A stretch of 64,000 bases of DNA from Narcine bancroftii (GCF_036971445.1 NC_091473.1:216876001-216940000), one strand, 5' to 3'. Counted from the first letter of the stretch, positions 12,861 through 25,900 are shown. Numbers and translations: made by a program. The notes: generated by a model from the sequence alone, not told the origin.

Positions 12861-13297
12861 CTCCATGATCACTTCATGGTGGGACACAGTGAAGAGATGC
12901 AGTGACCTAGTCCCGCTACTTCTTTTCAACGTTGTTATGCTTCGCTATTCAAAAGAGCGGGTACTTTGTTTCACGGAGTAATTTGATGAGACTGACCGTT
13001 GACTTTGACGCAGAGGAGTTGAAATGCTGAAAAACATGGGGGACCTGTATATTCGGGGGAAGATTATTAGATTTCAATAAAATTAAACTAGTGGAGAGTC
13101 CGGAAATGTTGCACTTTTCTCGGGCTCTGAAGGCTTCCTGGTCGCGTCGGAAGTTTGGACCTGGAGCTCAGGCTCCCAGATTCCTCCCCCGCCCGCCGCA
13201 TAAGCCGCATGCGCTGCGCCACGGGCTGCGAGAGGTCTGGCTTGAATCCACTGACCCCTTGTGACTCTGAGGGGACTCTCTTTTGTTTCTCTACACT

Positions 13298-13469
13298 TCT
13301 TCTTTGGCTTGGCTTCGCGGACGAAGATTTATGGAGGGGGTAAATGTCCACGTCAGCTGCAGGCTCGTTTGTGGCTGACAAGTCCGATGCGGGACAGGCA
13401 GACACGGTTGCAGGGGAAAATTGGTTGGTTGGGGTTGGGTTTTTCCTCCTTTGCCTTTTGTCAGTGAGG
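13298..13469 (-). mobile_element. Short RTE-clade 3' end insertion
   Basis: Nearly identical to 17576-17760 and the reverse complement of 61041-61229; encodes RVCLSRIGLVSHKRACS. Confidence 0.85.
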
Positions 13470-14067
13470 TAATGACTGAACTAATGGCGACTGTTTGTCT
13501 ACCTGACAGCAGGCAAGTGGAAAAGGCATGTTCTGCATTGTGACATGACAGTAAAGAATGTTGCTCTCATGAGTACTGGGATACGGATTTCCCTGTTTCG
13601 CAAAACAAAATGCGTTTCGCTGATGAATAAAATTCCTTCCAGAGGTCGAGAGATAATCATGCCAACTGATGTTTAAACACAAAGCTTGTGTCTGTCCTTG
13701 TGTTGTGTTGTAGCGCTGTTTTCAGTGAATGATAAATAGCTAAATATGTCGGGAGAGAAAGAGAGACGGAAGGGAGAGAAAGTTCAAACGACTTGAACTG
13801 TCTTGTAAGAATTTGAGTTTGAAAGCAACCAACGAATTTTCTGATCTTTACGTGGCAAGATCGTTGATAGAATGGAGGTCTACAACACGTTTACATTGTT
13901 CAATTCTGACTGCAGTTTCAAACTGCTGAACAGATTGTGACCGTGTACACATTATTACATGAAGTCACGCTGCAAACAATAACGTGGAAAGGACGGGGTA
14001 ATTCACGGCATGAAAATCAATTAGTTAGAGGATTAATTACATTCATTCATCGGACAAAGAGACTCAC

Positions 14068-14299
14068 CGGGAACGGCGACGACGGCGAGGGTGGGATAGT
14101 AAATCAGTTTAAAGGCTCGCAGTGCATAGTAGATCCGAAGGTTTAATGTGAGCCAGTCATCAGAAGCCAAAATATATTGGGCCATCCAGAAGACATTCTT
14201 CTTCTTGCCGCTCAGGCTCCAAACGGCTGTTCGCAGATTCAGATCCATTGCAGTTGCAGCCTCCTCTGTCGTCCCCAGGATCCTCCCTCTGCTCTCCAT
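14068..14299 (-). CDS. GPR139-like paralog 1, exon 1 (N-terminus and start of TM1)
   Basis: MESRGR...KKKNVFWMAQY...IYYPTLAVVAVP; donor G|GTGAGT at 14068/14067, phase 1, in frame with exon 2. Confidence 0.85.
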
Positions 14300-14391
14300 T
14301 GCTGCGGAGGAACGGCTCTCTGCTGATGCTCGTTGAAAAAAACCATTATTAGTAGAAGAGAGGACGTCACTGGTGATGAAATTTGACTCCA

Positions 14392-14452
14392 CGGAGACTG
14401 ACGTTAATTACACCGAGAACACAACAAGGATGCAGTTAACTCCTTTATATCC
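14392..14452 (-). promoter_or_regulatory. Core promoter of paralog 1 (TATA box and TAATTAACGTCA motif)
   Basis: GGATATAAAGGAGTTAAC with TATAAA at 14444-14449; the same arrangement lies upstream of all four paralogs. Confidence 0.65.
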
Positions 14453-15496
14453 AGGTCGATGATCGGAGAAGTGGGAAAGTGGCTGGAATCCAGGTTTTGG
14501 ACCTGGATGCCCGTTTCTACTCAATTTACCGTAGATTCTAGCCGGAACCCATGATTTATCAATTCTCTTTGTTTTTGATTTCAACCCCAAATATGAATTG
14601 CACATTGATTCAGAGATCTCGCTGGTAATTATTTGGAATATGTTGTCCATATTTCACAAGAGGTTGCTTTAGCGTATTGAGTCTCCATTTAAAATTTAAA
14701 CAATCTTGCATCTGTTAATTTGATGATTCCAGTTTAATTGGATCATATCAATTATTAGTAAAAGCTGTAATGATCCCATGGAGGAGAACATATTATTAAC
14801 ACCAGAGGTCTTTACACCCTGTGGTCAGAACGGTTCAAATTTAGGCCCCGTTGAAGATTTGTTGACCAATTTGCACTTTCAAATGGCCGTTACAATTACG
14901 TCCTGGCCTCTGCTATTCTATCTTTTTTTAAAATCTCCACTGCAGTTTTTAATTTTGGTGGCATTGCGACAAGGCAAGATATGTGCATGATAAATATTTT
15001 CTCTGCAAAAGGATACAAGTCAAGACTTCTCGCCGATACGCTGCGAAACATCTTCAAAACTATTAGCAACACCCTGTATCATATTGCGACAAACATTTCC
15101 ATCGATGGTTCCATCATTTATGGTTCATTGCCAGTCAGTAGTTTTGAAGAGAAATGAACTGCAAACCTAAATTGATTCTCGTTATTTTAACATAAACCCT
15201 ACCGGACCTTGCATTCCTGAATTATCTCCCATTGCTCCATTTTCTGTCATCACATAACTCGCGGTTTATATTCAAAGTTTCATGCTTGTTGGCACCGTCA
15301 CATTATTTTAATATTTTATATATTTCTCACCCCACCTTTGTTGTCTGGCTAACAAAACCTATAACACCACATTGTTTGTGAATTCGACTGCACAGGAATA
15401 CAGAAGGCGCCAGGAGGTAAGAGACATACAACCTTGTCCATCACAGGTTTTGATCTCGCAACCACTGTGAGGCGCTGCATCAAGAAGACAGCCAAC

Positions 15497-18400
15497 ATCC
15501 ACCGGGAGAGGAGGGACTTCCAATAGAATTCTATAAAACATTTAAAGACTTATTAATTCCTCCTCTCTTGGAAGTAATGAACCAGATGGAAGAAACATAA
15601 AACATGCCAGATTCATGCAAAACAGCAATAATTACAGTAATACCAAAGACGGGGAAAGATCCACTAACACCAGCATCATGTAGACCAATATCTCTACTCA
15701 ACACAGATTATAAGATAATAGAAAAACTATTAGAAAACAGATTGCCGACTGTATACCAAAAATAGTAAAACTAGATCAAACTGGATTTATTAAGAAAAGA
15801 GGAACACTGGACAATATCTGTAAGTTAATTAACTTAATCCATGCAGTACAAGGAAACAAGACGCCAACAGTGGCAGTTGCCTTAGACTCAGAGAAAGCCT
15901 TTGACAGAGTAGAATGGAATTATTTATTCAAAGTACTACAGAGGTTCAACCTACCAGAGTAATGTTTTAATTGGATTAAAGCATTATATAAGGGACCATT
16001 GGCGAAGATGATAATAAATGAATATATATATCAAACCAATTTAAATTAAGCAGGTCAACTAGGCAGGGATGTCCACTATCTCCCTCAGTGTTCGTGTTAG
16101 CTATAGAACCCTTGGCAGGACTGATAAGCACAGAAAATATAATAAGAGGGATAAAAATAAAAGAGAAGGAATATAAAATAACTCTATTTGCAGATGATGT
16201 CATAGTATACCTAACAGAACCAGAATTATCAATAAAATAATTACATAAGATATTGAAGGAATATGGAGAAATATTGGGGTACAAGATCAATGCAAATAAA
16301 AGTGAAGCAATGCCAATGAATAATGTAGATTTCACAAAGTTTAAGAAATGGCAAACACAAGCAATCCGATACCTAGGTATTCAACTAGATAATAATCTAG
16401 GCCATCTATACAAATTAAATTATCAACCATTAATGAATAAATTACAAAATGACTTAGAACATTGGAAAGATTTACCACTAACACTGATAGGAAGGGTAAA
16501 TGGCATTAAAATTAATATCTTCCCAAGGATACAATACCTATTTCAATCATTACCAATTCACCTAACAGAGAAATTCTTCAAGGAGCTAAAGAAAATAATA
16601 AGGAAATTCTTATGGAAAGGGGGGGGGGGAAACGAGGATAGTGCTAGTTAAATTAACAGAATGGTACAAACAAGGAGGCTTACAGCTACCAAACTTTAAG
16701 AATTATTATAGAGAAGCACAATTAAGAAATCTATCAGATATTTATCAAACAAGGGAAAAATCAGATTGGACCAGATTAGAGCTAGATAAAATAGGGGAGA
16801 AGGTACCTGAACATATACTATATAAATGGGATAAAAAGCTGGTGCAACATAGGAATTCAGCAGTACTGCACCATCTGCTCAACATTTGGAAGAAGATTCA
16901 CGTAGAAAGGAAAAAAACAAATGATCAACTACCAAAATTAATATTGATGCAAAAGCAACTAATCCCTTTCACAATAGATAACGTTTCCTTTAGAGAATGG
17001 GAGAGAAAAGGGATCAAAAGAATAGAAAATTGTTTTTCGGAAAATAAATTATTATCTTTTGAACAAATGAAGTACAAATATGGTATAACTCACGATACAA
17101 TGTTTGCATACCACCAACTGAAAACCTACTTGATGGATAAATTGGGAAGCAGGCTGAGGTTACCAAAAGGACGCAGTTTTGAATATGTGATTACAGACAC
17201 AAATATAATTTAAAAATTTATAACAAACATGTACATCAAACTGCAAGAGAAAGAGAACGAGGAAATAAGCTGTAAACCCAAACAAAAGTGGGAACAAGAT
17301 CTAAACATAAAGAGAAATACAATAAATGCAACGTTATGCATGATGCAATATAATTGGTTACACAGGCTATACAACATGCCCCAAAAGTTAAATAAAGGGG
17401 ACCCAACAGTATCAGATAGAGGTTTTTGCTGCAAGAAGGAAATGGGAGCAACAGTACATGCAATTTGGGCATGTGAGAAAGTGGAAAAGTTTTGGGAAGA
17501 TCTAAATCAGGTATTAAATAAAATCACAAAAAGCAACATAACAAAACATCCAGAGATTTTTCTTCTAAGTAATATTCTCTTTGGCTTGGCTTTGTGGACA
17601 AAGATTTATGGAGGGGTAATGTCCACGTCAGCTGCAGGCTCGTTTGTGGCTGACAAGTCTGATGCGGGACAGGCAGACACGGTTGCAGCAGTTGCAGGGG
17701 AAAATTGGTGGGTTGGGGTTGGGTGTTGGGTTTTTCCTCCTTTGTCTTTTGTCAGTGAGGTGAGCTCTGCGCTCTTCTTCAAAGGAGGTTGCTGCCCGCC
17801 GAACCGTGAGGCACCAAGATGCACAGATGGAGGCGATATCAGCCCACTGGCGGTGGTCAATGTGGCAGGCACCAAGAGATTTCTTTAGGCAGTCCTTGTA
17901 CCTCTTATTTGGTGCACCTCTGTCATGGTGGCCAGTGGAGAGCTCGCCATATAACACGATCTTGGGAAGGCGATGGACCTCCATTCAGGAGACATGACCT
18001 ACCCAGCGCAGTTGGATCTTCAGCAGCATGGATTCGATGCTGTCAGCCTCTGCCATCTCGAGTACTTCGATGTTGGGGATGAAGTCGCTCCAATGAATGT
18101 TGAGGATGTAGCGGAGACAACGCTGGTGGAAGCGTTCTAGGAGCCATAGGTGATGCCGGTAGAGGACCCATATTTCGGAGCCGAACAGGAGTGTGGGTAT
18201 GACAACGGCTCTGTATACGCTTATCTTTGTGAGGTTTTTCAGTTGGTTGTTTTTCCAGACTCTTTTGTGTAGTCTTCCAAAGGCGCTATTTGCCTTGGCG
18301 AGTCTGTTGTCTATCTCATTGTCGATCCTTGCATCTGATGAAATGGTGCAGCCGAGATAGGTAAACTGGTTGACCGTTTTGAGATTTGTGTGCCCGATGG

Positions 18401-20029
18401 ATTGCGATTCCCCCTTCAAAACAAGTGTCGCATCACCCTCATCTGTGTCTATGCTCCAACCCTTCAGGCGGAACAAGCAGAAAAGGACAAGTTCTACACT
18501 GATCTGTGAAACCTCATTCAACGCACCCCTGCAGCCAACAAGGTTGTTATCCTTGGCGACTTCAACGCTTGCATCGGCAAAGAGTTAGAAACCTGGCCAG
18601 GAATCCTGGGCAAGCATGGTGTCGGCAAGTGCAACAACAACGGGCACCTCCTGTTGGAGCTTTGCGCAGAACAGTGGCTTGTCATTACAAACACCCTTTT
18701 TCAGCAGAGGGACAGCCTGAAGACTACCTGGATGCATCCCTGATCCAAACACTGGCACCTCCTGGACTATGTCCTGGTGCGAGAAAGAGACAAACGAGAT
18801 GTGCTCCACACCAGGGTCATGCCCAGCGCGGAATGCCACACTGACCACCGGCTGGTTCGCTGCAAGCTCAACCTTCACTTCAAGCCAAAGTCCAGGAACA
18901 GTAAAGCCCCCAGAAAGAGGTTCAATGTTGGAAACCTGCAGTCAGACGAAGTGAGAGGAAACTTCCAGGCAAACCTCAAAGCAAACCTCGAGGATGCAAT
19001 CCGCCTCACGGACTTGTCCCCTGAAACCCTCTGGGATCAGCTGAAGACTACCATACTGCAATCCACTGAAGGGGTACTGGGCTTCTCCTCCAGGAAAAAC
19101 AAGGACTGGTTCGACGAAAACAACCAGGAAATCCAGGAGCTGCTGGCAAAGAAGCGAGCTGCCCACCAGGCTCACCTTGCAAAGCCATCCTGGCCAGAGA
19201 AGAAACAAGCTTTCCATCGCGCTTGCAGCCATCTTCAGCGCAAACTCCGGGAGATCCAAAATGAGTGGTGGACTAGCCTTGCCAAACGAACCCAGCTCAG
19301 CGCGGACATTGGCGACTTCAGGGGTTTTTACGAGGCTCTAAAGGCTGTGTACGGCCCTTCACCCCAAGTCCAAAGCCCGCTACGCAGCTCAGTCGGCAAA
19401 GTCCTCCTCAGCGACAAGATCTCCATCCTCAACCGATGGTCAGAACACTTCCAATCTCTCTTTTCAGTGCCAACCGTCTAAGTAATATAAGAAGTAAAGA
19501 ACCTGTCCTCGATTTGGATGAAGCACAAAAAAAGATTTATAATGATAGTCTTAGCTGTAGCAAGAAAATGTATTATGTCAACCTGGAAATCAGAAGAGAG
19601 CCTGAGAATACAGCAATGGTACATGGAAATGAATAAATGTATTCCATTGGAAAAAATAACATATAATTTAAGAAATAACATCACAGTATTTGAACAAATT
19701 TGGGAACCGTACATGGAACACAACAGAGAAGTCCTACCGTGGACCTCCACCACCTAAAATGACAGAATGAGAAGAAGACGAAATAAACTTACCCAGTGTG
19801 TAAAAGTAGATGACACAATTTTCTTGTTTATTTTCATTGTGTGATGACATTGTTTAATGTGTTTAATGTATTGTATATGTTGAACGTTTAGTGGGGGGTG
19901 GGAAGGAGGAAGGGAAGGGAGGGAGGAAAAAGGGGAGAAAATGACACTGTATATATTCAAGAGGGAAATATTTATGTGTATTTTAGTTAATATGGTTCAT
20001 AGTGTGTAAAAATTTTAAAAATTTTTAAA
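15497..20029 (+). mobile_element. 5'-truncated L1 (same family as 3769-9831) inserted into a Rex1-like fragment and carrying an RTE insertion
   Basis: TSD AAGAAG(A/G)CAGCCAAC at 15482-15496 and 20030-20044; ORF2 RT and C-terminus closely match the first L1. Confidence 0.92.
17576..19476 (-). mobile_element. RTE-clade LINE with inverted 5' segment and 12-bp TSD
   Basis: TSD TCTAAGTAATAT at 17564-17575 and 19477-19488. The 3' part is on minus (FTYLGC, QLRWVGHV, RLPKIVLYGEL). The endonuclease/linker part is on plus from ~18402 (VYAPT, LGDFNA, LLDYVL, TDH). Confidence 0.93.
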
Positions 20030-20513
20030 AAGAAGGCAGCCAACTGCATTGGAAATGGGTAGAAGGTATGAAGACTGGAGTGGCATCTCTCGGATCAAGC
20101 ACAACTTCTATCCAACAGGCATTAGGCTCTCGACTCTCATCTTATCACACTAATCAGGGACTGCTAAGACAAAAATATTGTCTGCAATATCGTTGTCACG
20201 TTTTTTGCACTCAGATAACTGAATATTTAATATGTTGATTTTCTTAAATTGAATAATGATATTATTTTAATTGTTTTTCAGTTTAAAAAAAAACAAAGAT
20301 CAGATGCAGCGAATAAGAAGTTCCGTGCAAGTGTACCCATTTTTCAAAATAAATATCAATAAACTCGTTATCATTTTCATATCTTCTTGCTTCCTCCATT
20401 TGTATTTGTGATTTCCTGCATTTCAGTACTGCGTGGCTTGATATACTGTGAGACTGAGGACTACTCTAATTATGCGTTGTGATTTTATCTTGCGTTTTAT
20501 TGTGCCATGTCTG

Positions 20514-22215
20514 TTAGAACCATAAAACCATTACAACCAAGACCTCTGCCCCTCTCGTCTGTGCAGACCCATTTTTGTCCTAGTCATACTGACCTGCACC
20601 CAGCCCATAACCCTCTATACTTCTCCCATCCATGTACCTGTCCAAATTCTTCTTAAATGTTAACATTGAGCCCACATTTAGTACTTCAGCTAGAAGGACG
20701 TTCCACACTCCCACAGCTCTCTATGTGAAGTCGTTCCCCTCATGTTCCCCCTAAACTTTTCCCCTTTCACCCTTAACCCATGTTCTCTGGTTTGTATCTC
20801 AGCTACTCTCAGTGGAAAAAGCCTATCTACATTTATTCCATCCGTTCCCCTCATAATTTTAAATATCTCTATCAAATCTCCTCTCATTCTTCTATGCTCT
20901 AGGGAATAAAGTCTTAACCTGTTTAACCTTTCCATGTAACTTACTTCCTGGAGTATGGGCATCATCCTAGTAAATTTTCTCTGCACTCTTTCTATCTTAA
21001 TGATATATTTCCTGTAGTTAGGTGACCAAAACTGCACACAATATCCAACTTTGGCCTCACTGGTGTCTTTCTTATATAACTTCCACATAACATCCCAACT
21101 CCAGTACTCAATACTTTGATTTATGAAGGCCAATATGCCGAAAACCTCTCTTTACAACCTATCTACCTATGATGTCACTTTCAGTGAAATATGTATTTGT
21201 ATTCCCAGATCTCTCTGTTCTACCATATTCCTCAGGCCCTTTCTTGGTTTGTCCTTTCAAAATGCAACACCTCACACTTGTTTGCATTAAACCCCATCTG
21301 CCATTTTTCAGTCCATTTTACCAGCTGATCCAGATCCCTCTGCAAGCTTTGAAAACCTTCACTATCCACAACACCTCCAATTTTTGTGTCACCTGCAAAC
21401 TTGTTGATATAATTTGCCACATTATCATCCAGATCATTGATGTGGATGACAAATAGGAATGGACCCAGAATCAATCCCTGAAGCTCACCACTAGTCACAG
21501 GCTTCCAATCTGAGAAGCTATCATCTACCACTACTCTTTGATGTCTCACATCCAGCTATGGTTGAATCCAGTTCACTACTTCACCATGAATATCCAGCAT
21601 CTGAACCTTCCTGACTAATCTCCCATGAGGGACCTATACGGATTGTACAATGTATGTGATAATAAACTCCATGTAGACAACATCCACAGCCTTTCCTTTC
21701 TCAACCTTTTGGGTGGCTATACATGACCTACCACGTACAGACACATATTGATTATCCCTAATCAGTCCCTGGCTATCCAAGATATTGTGTATTCAATCTC
21801 TTAGAACACCTTCCAATAATTTATCTACTACTGTCATCAGCTCTATAATTTCCAGGGTTATATTTGGAGCATCTTTTAAACAATGGAACAATGTGAGTTA
21901 CCCTCCAATCCTCTGGCACCACACCCGTGACTAAGGACATTTTAAATATATCTGCCAGAGCCCCTGCAATTTCTACACTATCCTCACTCAAGGTCCAAGG
22001 GAATATCTTGTCAGGCCCTTGGGATTTATCCACACATTTTCTTCCTCTTCCTTAATCTGAATAGGTTCTATGACCTCACTGCTTATTTTACATACTTCCC
22101 TCGACTCTGTTCCCGTTACCTGAGTGAATACAGATGGAAAATAAACACTGAAGATCTCCCCTAACTCTTTTGGCTCCACACAAAGCCGACCACTCTAATT
22201 TTCAATGGGACCAAT
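20514..22215 (-). mobile_element. CR1 LINE fragment
   Basis: KSQGPD, VPEDWR, GLILGPFLF, KFAGDTK and YCVQFWSP motifs. Confidence 0.88.
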
Positions 22216-22559
22216 TTCGTTGATGTCACTTTGAGAATGATTTCGTGCATGAGGTTAGATTCCTAAATGCTCTTTCAATAAAAAATCTTTATTGCTGATG
22301 CAGAACTCGACAAACATTTCATGAGGCAGAGGAAATTACATAAATTCAAATTTTCTGATAATATTTGTTATTTTGCTGGATGCAAGAAAAGGGGAAGTAC
22401 AGATTATTTAAAATATGAAGTGAAAAGGATCCAACAAGGAACTTCTTCGCGTTATATGGCAGCTGTGCCTTCCCACCCTAATAAATCACAGAACTCCAAT
22501 GCGCCAATGTGTGCCCACACCGTTGGCTGAGTGCAGGGAGCGAACGGCAACGCCATGTC

Positions 22560-23461
22560 TCAGCAATGGGTGTGTTTTGAAATAAAAGTGAAGGGGGATT
22601 TCACCAAGTCCTTGAACTGGTCCCGGAACCTGGTCTGGGTGACAGCGTAGAGAGCAGTGTTGGTGCAACAGCTCAGGAGCTGCATCATGAAACATAGGTC
22701 TCGCATCGGTTCAGGTGGAAACACGGACAAATACCCCAGTAAACGCATTCGGTTCCAGATATAAAAAATAGAAAATAACGCCCACAAGACGATAAAATTC
22801 CCGGAGATGGCCAGCAATAAAATGAGAGCTTTCCTGCGACTCGCCATTTCTGGATCATGGGCACCTTCTCCGCTGCTGGGAGCCCGGAGTCTCCTGCGGG
22901 CTCGACTCGCCACTAACACGTGTCTAATGGTCAGAGCATTGAACAGGAGAACCAGGATGAACGGGATTATCGGGGTGAGGATGTGATGAAGAAGCTCAAT
23001 CGATCCCCAGATTTGCGATTCCAGAAGTCTGGCTCTCGGCATGCAAAGCCAGCGGGCGTAAGCGAGGGAATATTCCGAGGTGAGCATGAAACACCAGATA
23101 ATGTTCTTTAAGCAGGTGAGAGCGGTCACTGTCCCCAGAACCACCAGCGCCGTTCTCTCGGTACAATAGTTAGTCTTCAGTTTCTGACAACAGATGGAGA
23201 CGAATCGATCGAAGGTGAAGGTGACGGTGAACCAGACAGAACAGTCGGTGGCGGTGTACAGCAGGAAGGCGTGGACATCACACACGCGGATGGACCGCAC
23301 GAAACCAAAGTAATCCCGATATGCAATTGGAATCTGCCTCAATATCACGTCCATGAAAACAACGATCAAATCCGTGGCTGCCATGGCAACCAGGTAGCGA
23401 GTGACACCTTTGGCGAGACCGCATTTTCCCCGGGACAGGATCACAATGGTCATTATATTCA
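22560..23461 (-). CDS. GPR139/GPR142-like GPCR paralog 2, exon 2; spliced protein ~377 aa
   Basis: Intact ORF paralogous to 11123-12024; AG acceptor at 23462-23463. Confidence 0.9.
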
Positions 23462-23594
23462 CTATTTTCGCATAAAAATGGAAATTACAGATCAGGTTTG
23501 GAGCAAAGGTAGCAAATTCACAGACTTGTATCGGTAGATGTTAGAGATTTATTATACCTGGCTATTGCAAATCGTACTATCTTTTCCAAGTCAA

Positions 23595-24410
23595 GCAGTA
23601 GGAGCACAGCTTGATTAAGCGGCAGTTGAGTCTCTTTTCTGAGTTGTGAAGTGAGGCTCAGCAGCCAATAAAAAGGGAGACGAGTATAGCGGGCGGCCAT
23701 GAGCGCTGGAGTTTACGTGCTGTGGTGTGCGTCGAAGGTCTTCAGCAAGGATAGGTAAGTGTTTATTTTGTCGTTACGTGTTAGTGCAGTGGGGATGTCA
23801 TTCGGGGGTTCTCCTGCAAGATGTGGGGCATTTGGAATCCTGGAATGTGACCACAAAAGCAGGAAGGTTAAAGGCCTTCACTGGGAGGAGAATTTTGATG
23901 AAAAGTTCGGTAGTTTTATTGCAGTCCTACAACATTCAGGTTCAATCTCACTTGAGGCTTTCCGTGCGATTCTGGTCACCTCGTTATAGGAGGTGCGGGT
24001 ACAGATAGTTTGCTAAAAATGTATCCTTGATTAGATGGCATGAAGTTAAAAAGAGGATGTCGACGCATGGGTTATCTTCACTGGAACAACGGGGGCAGTG
24101 GGGAGATCTGATGGAATTTAATGGAATTATGAGAGCCATTGATAGCCTGGACATTCAAAATATTCTTCACAGGGCAAGAATGCCACATACGTGAGCGCGT
24201 TCATTTCACATGAGTGGTAGGGTAAATTTAAAGGGAGAAGTGCGTGGCAGGATTTTTTTCGCACAGCGTGTCATGTGGCTGGAACGTGTCACTGTAGTAA
24301 AACACGCAGATCAAATAGCAGCTTTATGAATTTGGATGTAATGGAAGGATGTGTATTATGTGGAAACAAACGTTGAGTATCATGTTCGGCCCAAACACGC
24401 GGGCCGAACG
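23595..24410 (+). mobile_element. Old CR1 fragments in intron of paralog 2
   Basis: VRFWSPRY remnant; homologous to 12215-12860. Confidence 0.6.
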
Positions 24411-25199
24411 GCGGTAGAAGATGGAAGATGTTGAAGTACAAGCAAATATTGTTACAGCCTGCACAGGTCCTAAAACTTTAGCGAGTGGTTGAAGCAGCCG
24501 GTTGGGAAAGCAACTTCCACCTCGTCTTTATAGCAAGGAAATTAGAGTGTTGAAATCCGAACATATGTTAAATAAGTCTTGCATCTTATCCCAACCACGG
24601 CTGAAATACTGTGAACGCTAGTGTCTTCCTGGTCGATGGAAGAATGCCCTGAAACTGAGGCAGTCCAAAACGATTCACTCGGCCAATCTGGAATTCTCCA
24701 CCCTTGAATGATTATGGGGTCTTGGTCATTGAAGGTTATGAAAAAGGAACAGACATTTTTTTAACGAACTGGAACAGAACAAAAAAAATCGTTCTGACTA
24801 TGGTCGTGTTGCAGCTGGCTGGAATTACATAGGTGATGTACCAAAGCGTGGTGAACGCGAGGGACCAGGGCAAGAGCGATGCCATCCTTATCAGAGACAG
24901 GGGAGTGAGACGTGTTGTGTGCTTATTGTGAGTGTCACCCTGAAGCAGAAAGGGGAGAGATGTGCGACAAATTTCCCAAGTCAACTTGAGATGACACTAA
25001 AGGTTAGTTGTAAACTTCATAAACTTGAGGAATTCTGAGCTGAATCAGGAATAATTTGAGTGGTTTGTTATAGTGAATCTTTTCATCATACAGATGCCAC
25101 GATGTCTCATCTTGCATTGAATTAAACTCCTATACTTTGAAATTAGGAGATTGAGGTAGATAAATAGCTACAGTAAATAGCTAAAGAGAATGTGTGTGA

Positions 25200-25290
25200 G
25201 AGCGAGGGGGGAGGGACGGACGGAGAGAGAGAGAGAGAGGCAGGGACGGAGAGAGAGAGAGGGGGAGAGACGGAAAGAGAGGGAGAGAGA
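25200..25290. repeat. (GA)n-rich microsatellite
   Basis: GA runs interrupted by GGACGGA units. Confidence 0.85.
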
Positions 25291-25578
25291 ATTCGAGACA
25301 TAAAAAGTGACAGTTGCTTAAAATATTTCCATTTGAAATCGGTCGACTGGCTTTTCTAATCTTTACCTGTCAAGAATATTAACGGAATAAAGGTAACACG
25401 ACAAGTGGACAACGTTCAATTCTGACGGCTGGAGATGGGCATGAAGGAAGTACCCTCATCGGCTGTTTGTAACTGCAAATTATTTCTTGAAACGTGGTGC
25501 AACCGTTGGAAAGGAGGGAGCAAATAATGGCAAGAGGATAAATGGAAGGTAGAATTAACTCTCGGCAAAATAACTCAC

Positions 25579-25810
25579 CAGGAACAGCGACCAGGGCGAG
25601 GATGGGATAGTAAATCAGTTTGAAGGTCCGCAGCACATACTGGACCCGAAGGTTTAACGTCAGCCAGTCATCAGAAGCCAAAATGTATTGGGCCATCCAG
25701 AAGACATTCTTCCTCTTGCCGCTCAGGCTCCACTTGACTGTTGGCAGATTCAGATCGATTCCAGTCGGAGCCTCCTCTGTGGTCCCCAAGTTCCTTCCTC
25801 TGCTCTCCAT
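25579..25810 (-). CDS. GPR139-like paralog 2, exon 1
   Basis: MESRGRNLG...KRKNVFWMAQY...IYYPILALVAVP; donor G|GTGAGT at 25579/25578; 232 nt, the same length as in paralog 1. Confidence 0.87.
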
Positions 25811-25900
25811 TCCCGGGGAAGAACGAGTTCCTGTCGATGCTCTTTCAAATAACCACCATTAATAGAAGAGAGGAGGTCCCTGGTGATGAGATCCAACTTC

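Noticed and set aside
11123-14299. Assigning the symbol GPR139 or GPR142
   Set aside because: Family-level similarity only; orthology cannot be established without a phylogeny.
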